From Azolla caroliniana (lineage: Eukaryota; Plantae; Polypodiophyta), in NCBI GenBank assembly GCA_043228905.1, contig JBHGNT010000017.1:16244001-16308000 (forward strand): a DNA stretch of 64,000 nt, written 5' to 3'. The notes under the pieces are model-generated. The model was given only the letters and a program-made list of their open reading frames with translations. It was not told the DNA's origin and ran no database searches. Positions 23,946 through 34,925 of this stretch are shown here, piece after piece. The position numbers and the translations under genes are program-made. How positions within the stretch are numbered: the first letter of the stretch is position 1; each line of letters opens with the position of its first letter.

Positions 23946-24422
23946 TGTTAAGCGCTTGGATCACACCATGACCGGTAATGAAGAAGAGCGCATCGACAAG
24001 GACGTAGTATGGCTAAAGGAACTACGAAGAGGGAATGGCAAGAGGAAAGAGGACTAAGGGACATCCAAGTGTGAAAGGTCCACACCCTAAATGTAAATGC
24101 TATATAAACCACATAATGGTGGCTTTGTAAGTTCTTCCATTTGTAAAGATCTCCCTATTGATTAAGAACTAGAGCTTCCTCTCCTCCTTCTTGTAACCTT
24201 TAAGCTTAAGAGAGATTAGTGAGGTTTTTAGTTAGAGAACACTAACCTCTCTTCCTTGTTGGTGCTAAACCTCTAAGCAAAGAGGGTTAATAAACATATT
24301 CATTACTCTTATTGTCTATGTTCATTACCCTATTGTCTATGAGAGCAAGCTAAGAGAGTGAGAGAGATATCGTGCTTAATCATCTATTAATTGTTGAGTG
24401 TGAGGCTCGGAGGTGTCCAACA
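23946..24422 (+). repeat. 3' LTR of the orphan Gypsy-type element
   Basis: TGTTAAG...CCAACA, TATA box near 24101, preceded by PPT AGGTTGGGGGGGA and hairpin GTGCAC..GTGCAC, the same layout as 14533-14570. Confidence 0.75.
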
Positions 24423-25995
24423 ACCATCTCTGCCCGATTTGCCATCAAAAGGGTATACACCGGTCCGAACTCCGCAAACGACATCGAGGAGTTAACTCCA
24501 TCAATACATAGATCCTACACAAGCATTTCTCGAACTCCTGAAGAAGCGTTGTCATATTTCTTCCCTTATTGGGAAGCTCGACCCACTCCATGAGATCCTT
24601 CTTTGACAACCGGAGTGAGTCTTCATGACCATACCACTCGAGGAGCATTCCCTCGAACTCTTCCCAATTTTAGTTGTTTGCTTATATCTCAAGCACCTTG
24701 ACGTGGATGCTCAGTGCTACGACCTTGGCAAAGCTGTTAAGTCGCCTCATGAGCATTTGAGCCTTATAGGCCTCCAAATAACTCGCGACATCCTTTCTGT
24801 TAAATCGACCTGTTGTACTATTTATAGTCTCTATGGCTTGTCGAGGCTAGTAGAGCTCTCTCAAGCATTTACTAGGCAGTCAATAGCCACCACCATTGCT
24901 ACCGCGAGCTCACTGCCTTTCATCTTGGAACTCCCTTATTGCCCTTTTACGTCGGGTTCACCAAAGATGGCAGAGAAATCTGTGCCTGCATGTCGGATTG
25001 GGCGGGACCACGGGGGTCACCAACTAGGGAGTCGGAGGGTGGAGGTCTTGTGCTTTATGGGCTTCGGCCCGTTGGCTACCAGCTCATGTCCGCTTCAGCC
25101 GGATTAGACCAACTTGATTTAGTCGGTCTGATCGGGTCAGCTGATCTGAACCCTCGTGTGTCGACTGGCTAGGTGGTTGATCAAAACCGACTATACTTTG
25201 ATCAATGGCTTCCAGCAAATCCCTCGAACTCTTCCCAATTTTAGTTGTTTGCTTATATCTCAAGCACCTTGACGTGGATGCTCAGTGCTACGACCTTGGC
25301 AAAGCTGTTAAGTCGCCTCATGAGCATTTGAGCCTTATAGGCCTCCAAATAACTCGTGACATCCTTTTTGTTAAATCGACCTGTTGTACTATTTATAGTC
25401 TCTATGGCTTGTCGAGGCTAGTAGAGCTCTCTCAAGCATTTACTAGGTAGTCAATAGCCACCACCATTGCTGCCGCGAGCTCACTGCCTTTCATCTTGGA
25501 ACTCCCTTATTGCCCTTTTACGTCGGGTTCACCAAAGATGGCGGAGAAATCCGTGCCTGCATGTCGGATTGGGCGGGACCACGGGGGTCACCAACTAGGG
25601 AGTCGGAGGGTGGAGGTCTTCTGCTTTATGGGCTACGGCCCGTTGGCTACCAGCTCATGTCCGCTTCAGCCGGATTAGACCAACTTGATTTAGTCGGTCT
25701 GATCGGGTCAGCTGATCTGGACCCTCGTGTGTCGACTGGCTAGGTGGTTGATCAACACCGACTATACTTTGATCAATGGCTTCCAGCAAATCCACTTCGT
25801 GAAACCAACGACTACCAAGCTAGCCAAGCCACAGGGAACTGCATAGGGACTCTACCTCAGTGATAGGAACAATGGTACACAGAGGGCACAACAACACCAA
25901 CGTGTTGTCCTCCAAGGTCTTGAGAAGGTAACCAAAGCGTTCAACCACGTAGATGGTGAGCTTACAGGCCCATAATGGCGTGTGCAGGCTAAAGC
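24423..25995 (-). mobile_element. Decayed tRNA-Trp Gypsy 5' end (gag fragment, PBS, part of 5' LTR)
   Basis: ORF 24445-24648 (LRLSKKDLMEWVELPNKGRN) matches Gag at 8894; reverse PBS at 24949-24963 and 25520-25534; U5 motif GACCCCCGTGGTCCCGCC. Confidence 0.85.
24649..25790. repeat. 571-bp tandem duplication
   Basis: 24649-25219 repeated at 25220-25790 with few substitutions. Confidence 0.95.
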
Positions 25996-26449
25996 TGACA
26001 GGAACTACAGGCTCCCGATGAACAACGCTCGGCCACAACCGAGTCTAAAGTCAAACACAGAAAACGGATAATGAACGCACAACAAAAAGGAGAGAAGAGT
26101 ACACAGGATGTTTAACGTGGAAAACCCTGAGAGGGAAAAAACCACGGGAGTTCACAGACTCCAAACTATCACTATATCACAATGATTACAACAATGAGCT
26201 CACGGAGGCAACGATCTCGTGCTAACGATCTTCGCAACAAGCGGCGGTTACAACAGAGGCAATGACCTCTTCCTCTCTCTCTCTCTGTACATTGTTACGC
26301 GCTCTCTAGTCTTGCGCCAATAGGAATGACAACAACCTATTCATAAGTTTGCCCTAAGTCATATTTATACTAATATGACTTTTCGGCTATTTACAAATAT
26401 AGCCCCAATGGACTCTCAGAAACATATTGTTAAGTAATTAGGTAATTAA

Positions 26450-26821
26450 TGTTGGGATTTCGGTCCCTCCGGATGGGATGTCCGGAGATGAATGACGGCA
26501 AGCCCGGAGGCTGTTACTGAAGCCGGATGAAGAGTACCCGGCTACGGATCCGGATGATGAAGACCCCGGTTACGGAGCCGGATGATGAAGACCCCGGTTA
26601 CGGAGCCGGATGCTGAAGACCCCGGTTACGGAGCCGGATGACGTATGTACCCGGAGAGAGATCCGGATACGGGGACATATCTGTGAATATGTTTGCCAAG
26701 GGCCCTTGAGGCTATATTTGTAAATAGCCCGAAAGTCATATATGTATAAATATGACTTAGGGCAAACAGTTTTGGTTGTTGCTCATTTTATGTTTTCAGC
26801 CGAGAGAGCGAAGTGTGAGCA

Positions 26822-26864
<43 letters not shown>

Positions 26865-27136
26865 GAGGTCGACGCCTCTGTGTATTGCCGCCGCCTGTGG
26901 CGAAGACAGTGAGCTCAAGGTCGTTGCCTTGAAGCTTCACCATTGTACATCCCTGTTCATAGTGATAGTTGGAGTTGTGCACTCCCGTGGTTTTTCCCGT
27001 TTAGGGTTTTCCACGTTATACCCTGTGTATTCGTCTCTCGTGTCTTTCTCTGTATTTCCTATTTTCTGCTGCGTTGATCCGTGTTGGCCCGGTTGTGGCC
27101 GGGAGACGAAAGATTTGATAGCGTCAAATCTCAACA
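26450..27136 (+). repeat. 5' LTR with 28-bp U3 tandem repeats and GA microsatellite
   Basis: Direct repeat of 31252-31938. Confidence 0.97.
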
Positions 27137-27167
27137 ATCTGGTATCAGAGCGACGGTAACACAGAAA

Positions 27168-30100
27168 ATGGAAGGCGGCGGTAGTGGGCCTCCGGGCATG
27201 ATGGTGCTGAACGCGCAGAACTACGCCGACTGGAAGATAAAGATGGAGGATCTGCTCATTGTTCGGGACCTGTATGAACCGATCGACAGGTCGGAAATAC
27301 CCAAGGGGGTACTTGAGACGGAGTGGAGGCTTCTGAACCGGAAAGCCGTTGCAACCATTCGGCAATACGTCGACGTGAGCGTTCTACAACACGTGGCGAA
27401 CGACACCAACGCATATGAGATGTGGAGGAAGCTGTCGGGCCTCTACGAGAGGAAGAATGCGTTGAACCGGACCTCCCTGATGAGAAAGATTGTGAACCTC
27501 AAGTACCGGGACGGCGAGAGTATGGTGGAACACGTAAGCACGTTCATGGGATTCGTGAACCAGCTTGCGGCGATCAAGTTCCCGTTGGAGGATGCAATGC
27601 AAGCCATCATCCTGATGTGTACATTGCCGGACAGCTGGGAGAACTTGGTGGTGACTCTCAGCACCTCCTGCACGGAAGACAACTTGTCCTTACAAACGGT
27701 AAAGACGAGTATTTTGAACGAAGAAGCGCGTCGGAGAGATAAAGAACCGGCCTCCGACTCGAAGGCGCTGCTTACCGAATCGGATCGGGGAAGACAATGG
27801 AACCGGAGTCCGCAAAGACGGGAGAAGTCGGGGACCCGGTCGCAGTCAAGAGGAAGGCCCACATGCTTCCACTGTGGGAAGCCGGGGCACTTCCGGAAGA
27901 ATTGTCGGCATTACCGAAAGGACAACGGAGCCGACGACACCGATTCGAAGAAGTCACCGGAGAGAAACGGTGCATACCGGGGAGCCACGGACCGGAGAGG
28001 TCCGGATCGGCGAGGGCAGGATCAGAAAGGAACGACGGCACTCGCGGCAAGTGAAGAAGAGATAATGCTTATTACCGAAGAGAGGGAGCTGAACCTTGCC
28101 GGTGTAGAGATGACCTGGGTGGTCGATTCCGGAGCGTCGTTCCACCTGACCCCGGAGAAGAAATACTTCTCATCCTACACAGCCGGTGAGCACGGCTGTG
28201 TCCGGATGGGAAATGAAGGCACATTCCAGATTGCCGGCATAGGAGACGTGTGGCTGATGACATCAACCGGATGCAAGATGCTGCTGAAGGATGTGCGACA
28301 CGTTCCGGAGGTCCGATTGAACCTGATCTCGGCCGGGAGGCTAGATGATGAAGGCTACACGGGTAGCATCCGGAACGGTGTCATGAAGTTCAGCAAGGGG
28401 AGCCTGATAGTGGCTCGGGCCCGGAAGGTCAACACACTGTACCTGATGAATGCCCGGTTATGTCTGGAAGAGCTGAATGTGGCAGCCGACACTGCCGGTG
28501 AGCTGTGGCACAAAAGACTGTGCCACATGAGTGAGAAGGGGATGAAGAGGCTTGCAGAAGACAACCTTATTCCAGTGAAGCATGTGCACCTGGAGAAGTG
28601 CACCGACTGTCTGGCCGGTAAGCAAAACCGGACCTCCTTCCACTCAAGGCCACCGACGAGACGTAGCGCACCATTGGAGTTGGTGCACACCGATGTGTGT
28701 CAGGTAGAAACGAAGTCACATGGCGGAGCCCAGTACTTCGTAACATTCATTGATGATCACAGCCGGAAGCTGTGGACGGCCCCGTTGAAGACAAAGGACC
28801 AAGTATTGTCCGTCTTCAAAGATCTCCACGCGAGAGTGGAAAGGGAATCCGGCAAGAAGCTGAAAGCGATACGAGCGGATAACGGAGGGGAATACCGGGG
28901 GCAGTTCCAGGAGTACTGCCGCTCGAAGGGAATCCGGCTCGAGTTTACCGTGCCGAAGACGCCGGAACTGAACGGGCTGGCCGAGAGGATGAACCGGACC
29001 ATAATGGAGAGGGTCCGGAGTATGCTGGCGCATGCGAAATTACCCAAGGGATTTTGGGCTGAGGCAATGTCGACGGCGACATATGTGATAAACAGATCAC
29101 CCTCAGTACCTTTGGACGGAGACACGCCGCAGAGAGTGTGGACCGGTAAGGAAGTGTCCTACCGGCATCTGAAGGTGTTCGGGTGTCTCGCATACGTGCA
29201 TGTGGCAAAGGACCGGAGAGGAAAGTTAGATCCAAAGACCCGGCCATGCATATTCCTCGGTTACGGCGACGACGAGTTCGGCTACCGAGTATGGGACCCG
29301 GTCGACAAGAAGATATTCAGGAGTCGAGACATCATCTTCATGGAGGACGAGACACTCGCCGACTGGGAGTCGGAGAAGAAGATGAAGAGCTCAAAGTCGA
29401 CCGGTGAGGATCAACTCTACGAGGAGCAGTCCCGACCGGCAAGGGACCGGTTAGCACTCGAGGATCCGGCCGAAGACGGTGAAGAAACAGAACCGGCCGA
29501 AGAAGATAAAAATGATACCGGAACCGGCCCCGATCCCGAAATGGATTCGGATGAAGAAGAATCGGAAGAACCGGTTACCGAAGCTCTGGAACGGAGATAT
29601 CCTCTAAGAGAGAGAAGGGCCCCCCGGAGATTTCCGGAACCAGAGCACGTGCTGCTAACCGACGAAGGGGAGCCGGAGAGCTTTGAAGAAGCAAAGCATG
29701 ACACCCAGAGCCGCAGGTGGTTGAGTGCCATGCAGGACGAGATGGATTCCCTGCATGAGAACCACACATATGAACTTGTGGAGTTGCCGAAAGGAAAGCG
29801 GGCACTTCGAAACAAGTGGGTGTTCAAGCTGAAACCGGGAGATGCCGGAAACCCCCCGAGATACAAAGCCCGGATCGTGGTGAAGGGGTTTCAGCAGAAG
29901 AAGGGCGTCGACTTCGACGAGATATTTGCCCCGGTAGTGAAGATGACCTCCATCCGGACGGTGCTGAGCATAGCGGCAAGCATGGACCTTGAGGTAGAAC
30001 AGATGGACGTGAAGACGGCATTCCTTCACGGTGACCTCGAAGAAGAGATCTACATGCAGCAACCGGAAGGATTCGAGAAGAAAGGGAAGGAGCACCTGGT

Positions 30101-31241
30101 ATGCCGGTTGAAGAAGAGCCTTTACGGACTGAAGCAGGCTCCCCGGCAATGGTACCGGAAGTTCGACTCCTTCATGACCGACGAAGGGTACCTCAAAACG
30201 CAGTCTGACCACTGCGTGTTTGTGAAGAAGTTCGAAGGAGGAGACTTTCTAATACTCCTCCTGTACGTGGACGACATGTTGATCGTCGGACGAGACCAGG
30301 TCAAGATACGGATGCTGAAGAAGGCTCTTCACCGAACCTTCTCAATGAAGGACTTGGGTCCGGCGAGACAAATACTAGGGATGCACATCATCCGGGACCG
30401 GAGCAAGAAGCAGTTGTGGCTGTCACAAGAGAAGTACGTGACAAAGGTGCTTCAACGGTTCAACATGTCGGAAGCAAGACCGGTCGGATCAACCCTACCG
30501 GCAAACTGCAAGCTGTCCAGCAAGCAAAGTCCCAAGACAAAGGCTGAAAAGGAGGATATGATGAAAGTGCCGTATGCCTCAGCCGTCGGGAGCTTGATGT
30601 ATGCCATGGTGTGTACGAGACCGGACATAGGATATGCAGTCGGAGTGGTGAGCCGGTACATGAGCAATCCCGGCAAAGAGCATTGGAACGCGGCCAAATG
30701 GATACTCCGATACCTGAAGGGCACGGCAAACATGTGCCTCCGATTCGGCTCCGGCAAGCCCGAACTCGACGGCTTCACCGATTCGGATATGTCGGCTGAT
30801 GCAGATACCAGCCGGTCCACATCAGGGTATGTGATGACGTATGCAGGGGGAGCTGTTTCATGGCAGTCGAGGCTGCAGAAGACGGTTGCGTTGTCAACCA
30901 CGGAGGCGGAGTACATGGCGGCTGTTGAAGCCGGCAAGGAAATAATATGGATGAAGGACTTCATTAGAGAGCTCGGTATCCAACAGGAGGAGTACCGACT
31001 CTACTGCGACAGTCAGAGTGCAATCCACCTTGCGAAGAACGCGGCCTATCACTCCCGGACGAAGCACATCCAGCGTAGATACCACTGGATCCGGGAAAGG
31101 ATAGAAGACAAGGAGTTCGTGCTGGCGAAGATCCACACGGACGAGAACGGCTCAGATATGCTGACCAAAGTGCTCACACCCGACAAGCTGGAAGCATGCC
31201 GGAAGAGGATCGGATTGGAGAGACATCCCATGCCGAAGTGA
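27168..31241 (+). CDS. Copia Gag-Pol polyprotein, 1357 aa
   Basis: First ATG after PBS; CCHC knuckle, VDSGAS protease, WHKRLCH, integrase, YVDD RT, RNase H. Confidence 0.97.
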   Translation: MEGGGSGPPGMMVLNAQNYADWKIKMEDLLIVRDLYEPIDRSEIPKGVLETEWRLLNRKAVATIRQYVDVSVLQHVANDTNAYEMWRKLSGLYERKNALNRTSLMRKIVNLKYRDGESMVEHVSTFMGFVNQLAAIKFPLEDAMQAIILMCTLPDSWENLVVTLSTSCTEDNLSLQTVKTSILNEEARRRDKEPASDSKALLTESDRGRQWNRSPQRREKSGTRSQSRGRPTCFHCGKPGHFRKNCRHYRKDNGADDTDSKKSPERNGAYRGATDRRGPDRRGQDQKGTTALAASEEEIMLITEERELNLAGVEMTWVVDSGASFHLTPEKKYFSSYTAGEHGCVRMGNEGTFQIAGIGDVWLMTSTGCKMLLKDVRHVPEVRLNLISAGRLDDEGYTGSIRNGVMKFSKGSLIVARARKVNTLYLMNARLCLEELNVAADTAGELWHKRLCHMSEKGMKRLAEDNLIPVKHVHLEKCTDCLAGKQNRTSFHSRPPTRRSAPLELVHTDVCQVETKSHGGAQYFVTFIDDHSRKLWTAPLKTKDQVLSVFKDLHARVERESGKKLKAIRADNGGEYRGQFQEYCRSKGIRLEFTVPKTPELNGLAERMNRTIMERVRSMLAHAKLPKGFWAEAMSTATYVINRSPSVPLDGDTPQRVWTGKEVSYRHLKVFGCLAYVHVAKDRRGKLDPKTRPCIFLGYGDDEFGYRVWDPVDKKIFRSRDIIFMEDETLADWESEKKMKSSKSTGEDQLYEEQSRPARDRLALEDPAEDGEETEPAEEDKNDTGTGPDPEMDSDEEESEEPVTEALERRYPLRERRAPRRFPEPEHVLLTDEGEPESFEEAKHDTQSRRWLSAMQDEMDSLHENHTYELVELPKGKRALRNKWVFKLKPGDAGNPPRYKARIVVKGFQQKKGVDFDEIFAPVVKMTSIRTVLSIAASMDLEVEQMDVKTAFLHGDLEEEIYMQQPEGFEKKGKEHLVCRLKKSLYGLKQAPRQWYRKFDSFMTDEGYLKTQSDHCVFVKKFEGGDFLILLLYVDDMLIVGRDQVKIRMLKKALHRTFSMKDLGPARQILGMHIIRDRSKKQLWLSQEKYVTKVLQRFNMSEARPVGSTLPANCKLSSKQSPKTKAEKEDMMKVPYASAVGSLMYAMVCTRPDIGYAVGVVSRYMSNPGKEHWNAAKWILRYLKGTANMCLRFGSGKPELDGFTDSDMSADADTSRSTSGYVMTYAGGAVSWQSRLQKTVALSTTEAEYMAAVEAGKEIIWMKDFIRELGIQQEEYRLYCDSQSAIHLAKNAAYHSRTKHIQRRYHWIRERIEDKEFVLAKIHTDENGSDMLTKVLTPDKLEACRKRIGLERHPMPK

Positions 31242-31251
31242 AGGGGGAGTT

Positions 31252-31623
31252 TGTTGGGATTTCGGTCCCTCCGGATGGGATGTCCGGAGATGAATGACGG
31301 CAAGCCCGGAGGCTGTTACTGAAGCCGGATGAAGAGTACCCGGCTACGGATCCGGATGATGAAGACCCCGGTTACGGAGCCGGATGATGAAGACCCCGGT
31401 TACGGAGCCGGATGCTGAAGACCCCGGTTACGGAGCCGGATGACGTATGTACCCGGAGAGAGATCCGGATACGGGGACATATCTGTGAATATGTTTGCCA
31501 AGGGCCCTTGAGGCTATATTTGTAAATAGCCCGAAAGTCATATATGTATAAATATGACTTAGGGCAAACAGTTTTGGTTGTTGCTCATTTTATGTTTTCA
31601 GCCGAGAGAGCGAAGTGTGAGCA

Positions 31624-31666
<43 letters not shown>

Positions 31667-31938
31667 GAGGTCGACGCCTCTGTGTATTGCCGCCGCCTGT
31701 GGCGAAGACAGTGAGCTCAAGGTCGTTGCCTTGAAGCTTCACCATTGTACATCCCTGTTCATAGTGATAGTTGGAGTTGTGCACTCCCGTGGTTTTTCCC
31801 GTTTAGGGTTTTCCACGTTATACCCTGTGTATTCGTCTCTCGTGTCTTTCTCTGTATTTCCTATTTTCTGCTGCGTTGATCCGTGTTGGCCCGGTTGTGG
31901 CCGGGAGGCGAAAGATTTGATAGCGTCAAATCTCAACA
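31252..31938 (+). repeat. 3' LTR
   Basis: Direct repeat of 26450-27136. Confidence 0.97.
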
Positions 31939-32429
31939 ATTAACTAGGGTTAATAAGAGACTAATTATATGGTTACGTTAAGCAGCGGAAGATTAGTATG
32001 ATATGCGTGTGAGAGTGTGTGAGAGGAAGAGAGAGAGGGAGGAAGTTACACTTGAACACAAAGATAAATGGGGGATGATTGACTATATTGAAAAGTGTCA
32101 TCAACATACAAAAATACCCACAATGAGGTATATATACAACCCATGTGCAAAGGTGCACATGTGTGGGTAGAACATAGGTACTTATATGTAAGTCCTACAT
32201 TAAATGTACTAAGGAGTGGAGGATCTAGAATATCCCACTTAAGTACAAGGTCCTATTTAAAGGATTAAGGTCAACACATTAACTAGATTCGATCTAGGTA
32301 ATTACTAAGTTACATGTGTTGACTAACTAGATTAAACTAGTTGAGCTTGATATCTCAACACGCCCCCTCAAGCTCAAGTGTGAGGCGTCCAACGTCCGGT
32401 TTAGCTTCCTTCGGCTTCGTCAACATCGG

Positions 32430-32595
32430 TGCGGCTTGCGGCTTTCTTCGTGTCTTCGTGGCTTCGTTGCGCGGCTCTCCGCAGCTTTGTTGCGCGGCTT
32501 TCTTCGCGTCTTCACGGCTTCGTTGCGCGGTTCTCCGCGTCTTCGCGGCCTCGTTGCGCGGCTCTCCGCGGCTTTGTTCCACGGCTCTTCGCGGC
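32430..32595. repeat. GC-rich short tandem repeats in the 3' UTR of Copia B
   Basis: Repeated CTTCGCGGCTTCGTTGCGCGG-like units. Confidence 0.75.
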
Positions 32596-34925
32596 TTATT
32601 CTCCCCCTCAAGCCTGTGACAAAGGCTTGGATCCTCGGGCTCTTGTTCGGCCACTACCTTGATCGCGAGGGCATCGTGATGGGCCATATACTCGTTGTAG
32701 GCATAACGAGTGACTTGGGTTTTCGCTCGTGATGAGCGGCGGAGTTTCTCGTTTGTCGATGTGAACACCTTCTTTACTCTGGGTGTCCTCATGATGGGTA
32801 CACCAAACTCACTGTCTAATGAGCGAGCCGAATCATCTGAATCATGGTCGTCGGGGTGGACCCCGACTTCGTATTCGGGCATCTTACCTTTGCCTTTGTT
32901 CGATGTCAGACTTGGCCGCGACGTGTTTTCATCGCATCGAGGCACTTGTGGGCCAATTAGCTTGGTAGAGCTTGGATTGTCCTTCGGTGGAGGACTTGGC
33001 CGAGTTTCGTCGTTCGAGTTGGCGTTCAACTCTTCCTCTATCGGGTCGGATGGAGTCGCATCGGGCTTATACCAAGATGCCGATTCGTCAAAAACGACGC
33101 CGCGACTTATCCGCACCGCTCAGGTCGAAGGGTTGAAGCACTTGTACGCCTTTTTCGCAGACAAGTATTCTATGAGGATACATTCTTCCGACTTCGCGTC
33201 GGGCTTCTCTCGACTTTTGTTCGGGATGCGTACATTCGCAATGCTTCCAAACACCTTGAGGTGCGAGAGGATGGGCTTTCTTCAGACGAAGATCTCGTAT
33301 GGAGTAAGCTCGTGCACGCTATTTGTGGTGCATCGATTCATGAGATAGACGGCCGTGGATGCCGCTTCCGCCCAATAGAAGTTCAGCATGTGCTTCTCAC
33401 GCATCATGGTGCATGCTACCTCGAGTATTTGCCGATTCTTTCTCTCGGCTACTCCGTTTTGTTGGGGAGTGTGTCGGCATGAGAATTCTCTACGAATGCC
33501 TTCACCTCGGAGGTAAGAGGTGAACTCGTCGGAGAAGTACTCCTTTCCTCCATCCGATCGTAGGCATCGAATGTGCCGACCGGTTTCTTTCTCCACTTGG
33601 CTTTTGAGCCTTTGAAAGTGGGAGAGCACTTCACTCTTCTTCTTCATCGGGTATATCCACGCGTAGCGCGAGTGGTCGTCAATGAAGGTGACGTACTAGC
33701 AACATCCGCCGAGCGTCGGCGTTTGAACCGGTCCCCATACATCCAAGTGTATGACGTCGAGGAGGCCTTTGCTTGTGGAGCTCTCCTTCGGGAATGGGAG
33801 TCGATGTTGTTTGCAGAGTTGGCATGCTTCACACACTCGGTCGACTCGTTTCGATTCGAAGGCCGGGAGTCCAATTACGACTCTCTTTGACTGCATTCCG
33901 CGAAGCCGTTGGAGGTTTACGTAGCCGATTCTCTTGTGCCACAACTCGATGTTTGTCTCGGTCTTGAGACCTTTGGCGTACATGGCCGATTTTACCTCGT
34001 TTGAGTCGAGGATGAACAAGCAACCGTCTCTCCGTCCCTTGGCTATGAGTCGACCGTCTTTCTCAATGAAGTAACCTTCATTGTTGAAGCGGACTTGCAT
34101 GCCTTGCTCCACGATTTGGTCGACCGAGACCAAATTCTTTGTTAATGTGGGCACATGCAAGACATTCTTGATGCAAGTTTTCTCGCCTTCTTTCCCGAAT
34201 GGGACATCGCCGATGTGCCGAATGGGATGCGGAGTGTCATCTCCGGTCTCTATGTAGCCGGGTCGATCCGGCGTTAGCAAGTCGTGAAACCACTCTTGGT
34301 GCGACGTCATGTGGTGCGAGGCGTCGGAGTCTACGAACCACGCGTGTTCGGAGTTGGAGGTGCTTGCGGAGTTTGAGGGATCGGAGGCCATGATAGAGTT
34401 CACTCTACCACAGGAGTTCACAGACTCCAAACTATAACTATATCACAATTATTACAACAGTGAGCTCACGGAGGCAACGACCTCGTGCTAACGATCTTCG
34501 CCACAGGCGGCGGTTACAACAGAGGCAACGACCTCTTCCTCTCTCTCTCTCTCTCCGTACACTGTTATGCGCTCTCTAGTCTTGCGCCAACAGGAATGAC
34601 AACAAGCTATTCATAAGTTTGCCCTAAGTCATATTTATACTAATATGACTTTTCGGCTGTTTACAAATATAGCCCCGATGGACTCTCAGAAACATATTTA
34701 CGAATATGTCCCTTCATCCGGTGAGCACTCCTCACCGGACCTGCATCATCCGGCGCTTGCCAGGTACTCCTCATCCGGTTCTCACCGGGTTTTCCGTAGC
34801 CGGGTAGTCCTCATCCGGTTCTCACCGGGTCTTCCGTAGTCGGGTAGTCCACATTCGGTTTACTCATCAATACTGTTCTTCTCACTTCCCATCCGGAGGG
34901 ACCTGTTTCCTAACAAACTCCCCCT

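Larger units (their letters stand above)
26450..31938 (+). mobile_element. Intact young Tnt1/Tork-like Copia element
   Basis: 687-bp LTRs with one mismatch seen; TSD ATTAA; PBS TGGTATCAGAGC (tRNA-iMet) 27140-27151; PPT GAAGGGGGAG 31240-31249; uninterrupted ORF. Confidence 0.98.
26428..34409 (-). mobile_element. Internally deleted Copia element B (PR and IN present; RT/RNase H, gag and 5' LTR missing)
   Basis: 3' LTR split as 26428-26449 + 31944-32360; reverse PPT CGCCCCCTCAAG at 32361; ORFs 33696-34430 (WFVDSDAS), 33282-33647, 32355-33116. Confidence 0.82.
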
